64,000 nucleotides of DNA from the NCBI GenBank assembly GCA_937967405.1, contig CALCJV010000027.1, forward strand, positions 8,527 to 72,526. Direction: 5' to 3'. Below, in pieces: positions 46,538 to 55,013 of the stretch. Under the pieces are notes generated by a model. The model saw nothing but the letters and a program-made list of their open reading frames with translations. It had not been told where the DNA came from and searched no databases. A program made the translations under genes and the position numbers. Each line of letters begins with the position of its first letter. Within the stretch, counting starts at the first letter, position 1. Source of the DNA: an uncultured Chloroflexales bacterium. Its GTDB lineage: Bacteria > Chloroflexota > Chloroflexia > Chloroflexales > Chloroflexaceae.

Positions 46538-48154
46538 TTATAGATCGAGGCGTACCTTCGCGCCGAAGTCCTTCTTGGCGGCACTTGTGAAGTAGGTAGC
46601 GCAGGCTGCATCGAGCAGGTCTGGCGTAAGCGCAACTTTCTCCATATTGTACTTGGCAATCGAGATCATCTGGTCAATAATGTCCCGCGGCTGGCACATG
46701 CGGAAGGGGCGTTGTTCAGGCACATACCACTTAGCCACCAGATAATCTAGCCCGCGATCATCGTAGGGCACATTGCGAACTTTGCACATAATCCGCCAGA
46801 TTGCTCGCCACTGGTCTTCAGTGGGATCAATGATCTCGAATTTGAACTTGATCCGCCGCAGGAGCGCATCATCGCCGAGATCGGAGGGGTGCAGGTTGGT
46901 GGAGAAGATGATCAGCTGGTCAAAGGGAATCTGAATCTTCTGTCCAGTTACGGTATTGAGGAAGTCATAGCGTTTCTCAAGCGGAATGATCCAGCGATTG
47001 AGCAAGTCGAAGACACGCACCTGCTGCCGCCCAAAGTCGTCAATCAGGAAGATGCCTCCATTCGCTTTCATTTGAAACGGAGCTTCATAGACTTTCGAGG
47101 TTTCATTATAAACGAGGTTGAGTTGTTCGAGGGTTAGCTCACCACCGGTAATCACGACGGGGCGTTTGATCCGTATCCAGCGGCGGTCATACTCAAAATC
47201 ATCAGGGAGCGGGTCTTTCGGTTCTTCATGCACAATCGCATCATACATTTTGATCATTGCCCCATCCGCATCAATCGTGATGGGGATGAAGATTGCATCG
47301 CCCATGAGCAGCGTCATGCGCTCGGCGATGCTGGTTTTACCATTGCCGGGGTAGCCATACAGCATCACTGATGCACCAGAGTTGACGGCGGGGCCAACCC
47401 AGTTCAAGATGGACTCGTCAATCACCAAGCCTTCGAAGGCTTCACGGATGCTGCGCCGCGTCACAACGACATTCTTGATCGTCTGTTTCTTGACCGAATC
47501 GATCCACGTGGTGAGGGGCACGGGCACGGGACCAACATACTGCGTCTTAAGCATCGCATCATTAGCAGCTTGGAACCCACGCGGGGTCAGCACGTATTCG
47601 TAGTTGATGTCTCCATAGCCACGCGAGCCAGCAATATCAATATAATCCTGCCCGCGCAGCTCTTGGATCAGTTCGTCCACGATAGCATAAAACAAGCGCA
47701 TCTCTTCGGCCATTTCCGAGCCACTGGCGCGGCTTTTGTTGTAGAGAATACGGAGAAAATGCTCGGCCAAGAAGGTGCGGTTCATCCCCGTTTCGGCAAT
47801 TGTGCGCGGCATCGGTGGCGTGAAGCGATTGTCTAGCTTCGGGCGAGCTTGCTCTTCTGTTGGCGGCGGATCGCCGATCATCCGCATGGTGCGAATATCC
47901 TGCCCTTGTGCGCGGGCTTCAGCAATCAGCCGATCCAAATCCTCTTTGTGGAAATTGAGGTGCAGGAGCGCATCTGTATCATTGGCGGCAGTCGCTTTTT
48001 TGATTGACTCCATGAGGGCCCGAGCCACAATGTACTTCACGCCATCAACATACATATGGTGCAGGTATTCGGTTCCGCGCACGTAGCAGTCGGCTGGATG
48101 GCGAGGTATCTCGCGCATTTCATCGTAGGATTGCTGATCAAGCAGGAAGCGCAT
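46538..48154 (-). CDS. AAA+ ATPase with a long N-terminal non-ATPase region
   Basis: Walker A LYGYPGNGKTSIA. Walker B GGIFLIDDFGRQ. Sensor-1-like IIFSTN. LLRRIKFK arginine pair. The N-terminal 260 aa are unassigned. Confidence 0.75.
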   Translation of the reverse strand: MRFLLDQQSYDEMREIPRHPADCYVRGTEYLHHMYVDGVKYIVARALMESIKKATAANDTDALLHLNFHKEDLDRLIAEARAQGQDIRTMRMIGDPPPTEEQARPKLDNRFTPPMPRTIAETGMNRTFLAEHFLRILYNKSRASGSEMAEEMRLFYAIVDELIQELRGQDYIDIAGSRGYGDINYEYVLTPRGFQAANDAMLKTQYVGPVPVPLTTWIDSVKKQTIKNVVVTRRSIREAFEGLVIDESILNWVGPAVNSGASVMLYGYPGNGKTSIAERMTLLMGDAIFIPITIDADGAMIKMYDAIVHEEPKDPLPDDFEYDRRWIRIKRPVVITGGELTLEQLNLVYNETSKVYEAPFQMKANGGIFLIDDFGRQQVRVFDLLNRWIIPLEKRYDFLNTVTGQKIQIPFDQLIIFSTNLHPSDLGDDALLRRIKFKFEIIDPTEDQWRAIWRIMCKVRNVPYDDRGLDYLVAKWYVPEQRPFRMCQPRDIIDQMISIAKYNMEKVALTPDLLDAACATYFTSAAKKDFGAKVRLDL

Positions 48155-48416
48155 AGCAGTTCACTCTCCTATAAGGATGTATAGAACAGTTTGGGTACGG
48201 CAACCAAGCTCACTCTAGGCATCGCAAAGCATTATGCCCGCCTAATATAGATACCCTATAGTATAGCATCTTCATGGGCATGCGTCTAGCGCGTAGGCGG
48301 CAACGGGTACGCACTGCTCGGTGGCAACCGAACTGTAATGTTCTTCCCTTGTGAGTGGGCTGCTTCCGTTTTACGATAGAGCTGCGCGGTATGAGTAGCT
48401 CGTGCCGCACGGGTGA

Positions 48417-51400
48417 ATGCTAGGTCATACAATGGTGAGTGAAAGCATGCTTGGAAACCTCTTGCCCATCAAACAGATCACGACCCGCTTGCAACACGGG
48501 CGCACCAGCCAACGTGTGCGTGGGCATATCCGTGAACAAATCCGCCGTGAACCGGCGTTGCAGTTCCTGCCGGCGTTGCTCAATGTACCGCTGCCGTTTG
48601 AGCCGCGTCCCGCCTCTGCCTCCACGTTGCTCGCTGCGGGGCCGTGGGTGCAGCTTGCCGGCTCGCCCGGCAGCGGGCGCAGTCTCGCCCTGATCCAGCT
48701 TGCGTGGCAATGGCTCCAGAGTAGCCGTACCGCGCCAGTGCTGATTGTGCCACTGGCTCTGCTGGATCGCCCAGAACAATCGCCGCATGAACTGCTTCGT
48801 CAGGTGTTGGGGCAATATCATCTCGATACTGCCCTTGCTAACCCGACCAGCACCACCGGCGAATGGCTGCTCTTGATTGATGGCTGGGAAGAGTTGCCCG
48901 CTGCCCGCCGTGAGGTGTGGCAAGAGCTATTGCACCGCCTACCGCAGCTGCTCCCTGCCGCGCACGCGGTCATCACTGTGCGGCACGATACGCCGAACTG
49001 GGATGGCTACGCGCAGGTTCGCCTTGTGCCGCCCGATACCACGCTGGTGCGGCTCTGGCTAGATACGCTCCTGCCGCAACACAACACTGCCGCAATTGTG
49101 CAGCAGCTCAGCACCCAGCCTGAATTGGCGAGTGTGCGCCAGCGGATCTTTGAGCTGGCCCTGCTCGCCTTAACGTATCCACGTCACCGCCTGCCGAGTG
49201 CGCCCAAGCAACTGTATGCGCGGGTACTGGAGCTGCTCCATGCACAGCAGATCACCCTGCCAATGGTCATCCCGTTTGACCTCGATGCACCCACACCGGA
49301 TGGCTGGTTCTTGATTGGGCGGCAGATGCTGTCCTGCGCCACCCAAGCCCAAGCGATCACCCAAACGGGCAACATCACCCCACTGGTTGCGCTTGAAGTC
49401 CCTGTTCGGCACGAGGTCGCCCAGATGCTGCGCGGCACCCTAGCGAATCCGGCTCCGCTGTATGCGACGCTGTGGGAAGCCGACGATCCGCAGACGTTGG
49501 CAATCTGCCTGCGAGAGAACCCGCGTAGTGCCCCGATGTGGGCAATCCGTGTGCTTGAACGCTTGAGTGACCAACCCGCTGCTCCGCCACCTCTGCCCGA
49601 TTGCCGCACGGCTCTGCTCAATGCGCTACCCGATCTTCTGCGCTTGACGGGTAATGCCCTGAGTGATGAGCGCGTATCCCGCTTGCTTTCCATCAACGCG
49701 GCTTTGATCGGTAGTCTGCGCCTGCTGCAACTGATCGATCACATCGGGCAGCGTCCAGCGACTCGTTGGGCCGCAACTGATGCTCTGCTCCGCTTAGATG
49801 GCTCTTACGCCCCCGCCCTGCTGGTCAATACCCCTGCCCCTGATGCGTTGGCCCGCGCTATGCGCTTTTATCTGCTGGCTCTTGCAGGCCCCGCTGAGCG
49901 ACAGCTTTTGACTACGCCTGAAACCGACAACTGGGCGGCGGCATTGTTTGACCCTCACGTAGACCAGACACGGCGTACCTATGTCGCCCATGTGCTGCTC
50001 AGTAACGAGAGCTTGCCGGAGAGCCTACAGACAGTTGCGCTGGCATTGTTGCCGGAAGGGGCTGCTCCGGCGGCGCAGGCGCACGCCGTATTACGCCGCG
50101 CCTGTAGCGATAGCCGTGCCTCTGTGCGCCGAGCGGCACTCGCGGCACTGGTCACCCAAGAGCCGCAACAGGCGTTGCGCGTGCTGGATGAGTTGCTCGG
50201 CGATCCAGACTGTGCGAGTGAGGTGCAACACGATGCCCTTGAACAGGTTGCCCATTGGGATACGCCCGCCGCGCTCGCGTTGCTGCTGCGCTGCGCCCTC
50301 AGCCCACACTTGCCTGTGCTGTTGCGCTTGCGGGCGGTGCGCTGCTTGGCCCAGCCCTCAGCCCATACAGCTGCCCGCCATGCCGCACTCCAACACATCA
50401 TTGTTTCAGATCAGGCTCCGGATGTGGTCATTGCTGCGGCTACGCATCTGATTGGAACTGAGCAAGTGGCGATGGCGACAGCAGATGTGTGCCGCTTGGT
50501 GGGCAACCGCAGCGAGGCATTACTGGTGCGCCAAATTGGGCTAGATGCACTCGGCAGGCTAGGACAGCTCCCGCATGTGCGGGTGCAGGTGCTGGCCACG
50601 CTGCGTGACGTAATCCAGCGCGAGCCGGGCAACGGTCTGATCTTGGGCAGTGCGCTTCGCGCACTCGGCGCAATTGGCTCGGCAAGCTGCATGCAGATGA
50701 TCCGCGTGGTGCTTCGCGCCGAGCTTGCCCCCGCCATTCGGGCCTATTGGCAGACGCGGGTTGCTGATCTGGAGCATACCCCTGTTGCTCGCTGGCCTAT
50801 GCTCACCCAACCTGCCGAGACGCAGGTACAGCTCGCAATGCTGTGGGATCGCGGCAGCACCGATGCCGATCTACCCTCTAGCTTGGATGATTTTGTCGCG
50901 CAGCAAGTGCAGCTGATCCACGCCGCAGGGATTGCCGCACTCGGTACGCTGGCTCAGCGCAATGTCGCCCTGCTGCCCGCCGTCCGCGAGCTGCTGCTCG
51001 AACTGGCCCAGTGTCATCCAACTCAGCTTGCGGCGGTGCAGCAACTGGCCCAGCTTGCCCAGCTTGATCACGGCTACCCATTGCACCTTGCCTATGCGCC
51101 GTTGCTCCATTCGGCACACACCGCGCTGCCGTTGCGTTGGCATATCATCGAACTCCTAAGCAATGCTGGTGGATACAACGCCGTCCTGCTCAGTTGGCTC
51201 GAAGATCGCAGCGTAGATTCGTTTGTGCGCGGGCGCATTGCAGTGGCACTCGGCCAAGCGGGCGAACTGAGCGCACTGCCAACCATCCGCCGCCTCGCTG
51301 AGCAACCTGACGGCGATACCTACCTGCGGATGCAGGCGGTGCAGGCCTTAGGCGCACTCGCCGATCCCGCCACCGAATCCTCATTGCTACACATTATCAG

Positions 51401-52352
51401 TGACGAGAATGCCCCCGACAGTCTGCGTGGGGCAGCGGCAGCAGCTCTGCCAGTCGGTCTGAGTGTGCAGATGCGCCAGTGGCTCCGTGATCTGGTGCGC
51501 GGCGAACGTCTGCCAGTCGAGTTGCTTACCGGCGTGCTGCAAACCCTCGGCCGCCAGCGCAACCGCGAATCGCTGGCCGTGTTGCTGCACTATGCCCAAC
51601 ACAGCCACCCACAGGTCGCTACTGCGGCGATGCAGGGGCTAGCTCTGCTGGAGGATGATCGTGCCGTGCCGATGCTGCTGAATGTTGCCCAACAGCACCG
51701 CCTTGAGCCGATCATCCGCCTGCAAGCTGTGGCGACGCTGATCCACTTGCGCGGTGCGGAGTATGCCAGCTTACTGCGGCCGTACCTAGAGAGCGGGGTG
51801 CTCTCGCTGCAACTTCAGGCATTCGATCTCGCGCTGCACGCCAATCCTACCGATCCGCTGATTGTACGCCTGCTCACTGAGCGGAGTGCGCCCCTTGCCC
51901 TGCGGCTGCGGGCGGCGCACGCCCTCAGCCCCTACCCGATCAGCCATGACAGCATGCATACAGTGCTGCTCGATGACCGCGACGATCAGCATTTGCGGCT
52001 GGCTGTCGCAGATCTGTTGGTTGCTTCTACCCACCCCCAGACGACGCACTTGCTTTACCAGTGTGCGGTCGCCACGCACACCTCGATGCGCTTGCGTCGC
52101 CGTTGCCTTGCCGCCCTTGCCGCACGGGCGGTAGCACGGGGCTTGGCCGACCCAGCCGCCCTGATCCTGACGGAACTGAGTGCTGATCCGCAGGCTGCCC
52201 CTGCCCAGTCGGATCAGGTGCAACGGGCTTTGCTTGAGCTGATCTTTACCCCCACGCTGCCTGTCTCGGATGCAGGGCAGACTGGTGATCAGCAAAACGA
52301 TCCCCAACCTGAACTGCCCGCCCCAAACGCAGGCAGGCTATCAGAGGAGTAA
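48417..52352 (+). CDS. STAND/NACHT-like protein with an Arg-substituted P-loop and a C-terminal HEAT (PBS-lyase-type) repeat array
   Basis: P-loop-like AGSPGSGRS (Arg codon 48678-48680 where Lys is expected). Walker B LLLIDGWEEL. Many HEAT-like units follow (..SVRRAALAALV.., ..LRMQAVQALGALADP.., ..RLQAVATLIHLRG..). Confidence 0.7.
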   Translation: MLGHTMVSESMLGNLLPIKQITTRLQHGRTSQRVRGHIREQIRREPALQFLPALLNVPLPFEPRPASASTLLAAGPWVQLAGSPGSGRSLALIQLAWQWLQSSRTAPVLIVPLALLDRPEQSPHELLRQVLGQYHLDTALANPTSTTGEWLLLIDGWEELPAARREVWQELLHRLPQLLPAAHAVITVRHDTPNWDGYAQVRLVPPDTTLVRLWLDTLLPQHNTAAIVQQLSTQPELASVRQRIFELALLALTYPRHRLPSAPKQLYARVLELLHAQQITLPMVIPFDLDAPTPDGWFLIGRQMLSCATQAQAITQTGNITPLVALEVPVRHEVAQMLRGTLANPAPLYATLWEADDPQTLAICLRENPRSAPMWAIRVLERLSDQPAAPPPLPDCRTALLNALPDLLRLTGNALSDERVSRLLSINAALIGSLRLLQLIDHIGQRPATRWAATDALLRLDGSYAPALLVNTPAPDALARAMRFYLLALAGPAERQLLTTPETDNWAAALFDPHVDQTRRTYVAHVLLSNESLPESLQTVALALLPEGAAPAAQAHAVLRRACSDSRASVRRAALAALVTQEPQQALRVLDELLGDPDCASEVQHDALEQVAHWDTPAALALLLRCALSPHLPVLLRLRAVRCLAQPSAHTAARHAALQHIIVSDQAPDVVIAAATHLIGTEQVAMATADVCRLVGNRSEALLVRQIGLDALGRLGQLPHVRVQVLATLRDVIQREPGNGLILGSALRALGAIGSASCMQMIRVVLRAELAPAIRAYWQTRVADLEHTPVARWPMLTQPAETQVQLAMLWDRGSTDADLPSSLDDFVAQQVQLIHAAGIAALGTLAQRNVALLPAVRELLLELAQCHPTQLAAVQQLAQLAQLDHGYPLHLAYAPLLHSAHTALPLRWHIIELLSNAGGYNAVLLSWLEDRSVDSFVRGRIAVALGQAGELSALPTIRRLAEQPDGDTYLRMQAVQALGALADPATESSLLHIISDENAPDSLRGAAAAALPVGLSVQMRQWLRDLVRGERLPVELLTGVLQTLGRQRNRESLAVLLHYAQHSHPQVATAAMQGLALLEDDRAVPMLLNVAQQHRLEPIIRLQAVATLIHLRGAEYASLLRPYLESGVLSLQLQAFDLALHANPTDPLIVRLLTERSAPLALRLRAAHALSPYPISHDSMHTVLLDDRDDQHLRLAVADLLVASTHPQTTHLLYQCAVATHTSMRLRRRCLAALAARAVARGLADPAALILTELSADPQAAPAQSDQVQRALLELIFTPTLPVSDAGQTGDQQNDPQPELPAPNAGRLSEE

Positions 52353-52357
52353 CGTGT

Positions 52358-53302
52358 ATGGCCTATCGCATTATGATCGTAGATGATGAAGCCCTGATCC
52401 GCCAGTTGCTCACCTACCAGCTCAGTGGAGCCGGCTACACAGTTATCAGCTACGCGCAGGGGCAGCTGGCATTGGAGCGGCTGTTGCTCGATCAGCCCGA
52501 CCTTGTGCTGCTGGATGTAATGATGCCCGATCTGAGCGGCTGGGAAGTGTGCCACCAAATACGCCAGTTTTCCTCCGTGCCCATCGTGATGCTCACTGCA
52601 AAGTCGGCTGATCTGGATATTGTGACTGGGCTAAAGATGGGCGCGGATGATTACATTGCCAAGCCCTATAGCCTTGAGCAGCTCTTGGCCCGGATCGAAG
52701 CCGTCTTGCGGCGGAGCCGCAGCAGCGAGCCTGCGCCAGCAATGATTCCTGCACACGGCGTTGCGGTATTGGCCGGTGGGCGTAACGCGAGTGCTGCTAG
52801 TGCCAATGCGCCGAGTGTCCTCTATGCGCCGCTGCCGCGCTACAGCCCAGAGCGTGCGCCAGAGCCTAGCTCCATGATCTCCCCTCAACCTACATCTCCC
52901 CCCCACGCAGAGCCACCTGAGCATACCCCAGAGCCGATCCACCCAGTGCCCAATCCGCTGACGTATGCCACACTTGGGCGGCGGCTCGCCGAGACACGGC
53001 GGGCGTTAGGGCTTTCGCTGTATGATGCCGAGCGCGAGAGCGGGGTGCGCTGGGAGTTTCTGCAAGCCCTCGAACGGGGGCACTTCAGCTACATCCCGCG
53101 CCCAGAGCTACGCAGCGTGCTGCACCGCTACAGTAACTATCTGGGGCTTGATCTCCGCGAGCTAGTCCGCGCTCATGATCCGGACCATGCTCCCCAATTC
53201 GCATCTGCGCCAGCAAGCACGATCTCGCCCGCCCTCGTGATCATGCTGATCCTCGTGCTCGTAATTATGATGAGTTGGCTGCTGCTCAACATGGTACAAT
53301 AG
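52358..53302 (+). CDS. response-regulator receiver fused to a RodZ-like HTH and a C-terminal TM anchor
   Basis: REC: IVDDE, LVLLDVMMPD, MLTAK, YIAKP. A Pro-rich linker follows. HTH: LGRRLAETRRALGLSLYDAERESGVRWEFLQALERGHFSYIP. Terminal helix: PALVIMLILVLVIMMSWLLL. The start lies 6 nt after the upstream stop. Confidence 0.8.
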   Translation: MAYRIMIVDDEALIRQLLTYQLSGAGYTVISYAQGQLALERLLLDQPDLVLLDVMMPDLSGWEVCHQIRQFSSVPIVMLTAKSADLDIVTGLKMGADDYIAKPYSLEQLLARIEAVLRRSRSSEPAPAMIPAHGVAVLAGGRNASAASANAPSVLYAPLPRYSPERAPEPSSMISPQPTSPPHAEPPEHTPEPIHPVPNPLTYATLGRRLAETRRALGLSLYDAERESGVRWEFLQALERGHFSYIPRPELRSVLHRYSNYLGLDLRELVRAHDPDHAPQFASAPASTISPALVIMLILVLVIMMSWLLLNMVQ

Positions 53303-53341
53303 AGGCGAGGATTCGCTGTACATAGTTAAGAATGGGCGCAG

Positions 53342-53758
53342 ATGCACGAGCAATCAGAGGCAACGACGATCTACGAATTGGTTGGTGGCGCAGAGACGTT
53401 TCGCCGCCTTGTAGAGATATTCTATGCACGGATTGAGCACGATCCCCTGTTGCGGCCGCTGTTTCCGGCTGATCTTGAGCCGGGCAAGAAGCATCAGTAT
53501 CTCTTCTTGATGCAATACTTCGGCGGCCCGACAACCTACAGTGAACAGCGTGGCCACCCACGCCTCCGCATGCGCCACGCCCCTTTTCCCATCGGCAAGC
53601 GCGAGCGTGATGCGTGGGTGCAACATATGCATGCGGCAATTGATGCGGTGGGCATTCAGGAGCCAGCCCGCACAGCCATGCGAACCTACTTTGAACGCTC
53701 TGCGACCGCCATGATCAACCAATTTCTGCCGGGTGAAACGATGCCCACACAGGGGTAG
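53342..53758 (+). CDS. group II (O-type) truncated haemoglobin
   Basis: YELVGGAETFRRLVEIFYARI..DPLLRPLFP..GGPTTYSEQRGHPRLRMRHAPFPI..RDAWV..M: the classical trHbO pattern. Confidence 0.8.
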   Translation: MHEQSEATTIYELVGGAETFRRLVEIFYARIEHDPLLRPLFPADLEPGKKHQYLFLMQYFGGPTTYSEQRGHPRLRMRHAPFPIGKRERDAWVQHMHAAIDAVGIQEPARTAMRTYFERSATAMINQFLPGETMPTQG

Positions 53759-53765
53759 TTTGGCC

Positions 53766-54770
53766 CTAATCGGTAGGGTGCATATCGCGCAGGAATGCAG
53801 CACACGCTTCGGGCAGGGAGGGGTTGATATACATGCCACTGCCTAGCTCGAAGCCGGCCAAGCGACTGAGGCGTGGCACAATCGAAATGTACCAGTGGAA
53901 GCTACTCGCTTCATCGCCGCGCACCGGGGCGGTGCGGATGATCAGATTATAGTCTGGATCGTGCAGCCCAAAGTAGAGCCGCTGCAACACATTCCGCACG
54001 ATCCCCGCCAGATCGGCTAGCTCTTCCGCAGGCACATCGAGAAAACTTGAACGTGCAATGCGTGGCACAATCCACATATGAAAGGGTGAGGCGGCGGCAT
54101 ACAGCACAAATGCGACAAAGTACTGGCTACTCGTAACTAGTCGTTCCTGTACCGCTAGCTCATGCTCCAGCATCGCAAGGATTGGATTCTCGCCGCGCTC
54201 CTCAACGGCCCGCCGTGTTTCCGCAATGCGCCGCCGGATGCTATCCGGCACCACGGGCAAGCCTATCAACTGGCAGTGCGAGTGCATCAGCGACGCGCCG
54301 GCCCGCTCGCCGTGGTTCTTGAAGAAGATGACCTGCTGCACCCGCGTATCGGCAACCATCGCCCGCCCGCGTCGCTGCATCGTCTCAAAGACGACCTGCA
54401 CATGGTAGGGGTCCATCAAGGCCAGCGTCATATTATGGCGCGGATGATTCACCAATACCTCATGGAAGCCGATGCCGGGCATACTTGTCTGGATACCGAA
54501 GGAGACCTCAAGCGGCACACCATCGCTGGCAAGGGCGGGGTATTTATTGCGGACAACGCGGGTCAGCCACTGCCCCTGTGCAGGGAAGCGTTCAACCTCC
54601 AAATCCAACTCCTCATTGCCAAGACAGAAGGGACAGCGTGGATCATACTCGGGGCGATCAGCGGTGATTAAGCGGTTTGGTGCTTCAGCATAGGAACTGG
54701 GACGTTTCGCACGTTCACTTGCAATGATGACCCACTCACGGGTCACATAGTTTTGACGCAGTTCCGGCAT
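53766..54770 (-). CDS. GalT-family (HIT branch III) hexose-1-phosphate nucleotidyltransferase/phosphorylase
   Basis: Start ATG 54770 (MPELRQNYVTREWVII). Zn site CPFCLGNE. Active-site HSHCQLI (H-x-H-x-Q). Confidence 0.8.
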   Translation of the reverse strand: MPELRQNYVTREWVIIASERAKRPSSYAEAPNRLITADRPEYDPRCPFCLGNEELDLEVERFPAQGQWLTRVVRNKYPALASDGVPLEVSFGIQTSMPGIGFHEVLVNHPRHNMTLALMDPYHVQVVFETMQRRGRAMVADTRVQQVIFFKNHGERAGASLMHSHCQLIGLPVVPDSIRRRIAETRRAVEERGENPILAMLEHELAVQERLVTSSQYFVAFVLYAAASPFHMWIVPRIARSSFLDVPAEELADLAGIVRNVLQRLYFGLHDPDYNLIIRTAPVRGDEASSFHWYISIVPRLSRLAGFELGSGMYINPSLPEACAAFLRDMHPTD

Positions 54771-55013
54771 ACTAGCTTCCTCGTAATAGGCGCGACGCGG
54801 TGCCCCGCGTATCACCGAACGCTATGCGTTGTGGATTCGCTGCTGCTATTGTAGCATAGGCTTGTGTCCTCCGGTGCAACCTGTCCGGGCCATGTATATC
54901 GCCTTGAGCTTGGCTCCTCTGAGTGGCACGGCGGCATGGTTGTCGCCCGCTTGCCGCGTATGCTACAATATGAAGTGGGGAGAGTCGCTGTAGCCTATTT
55001 GGATACATACTTC

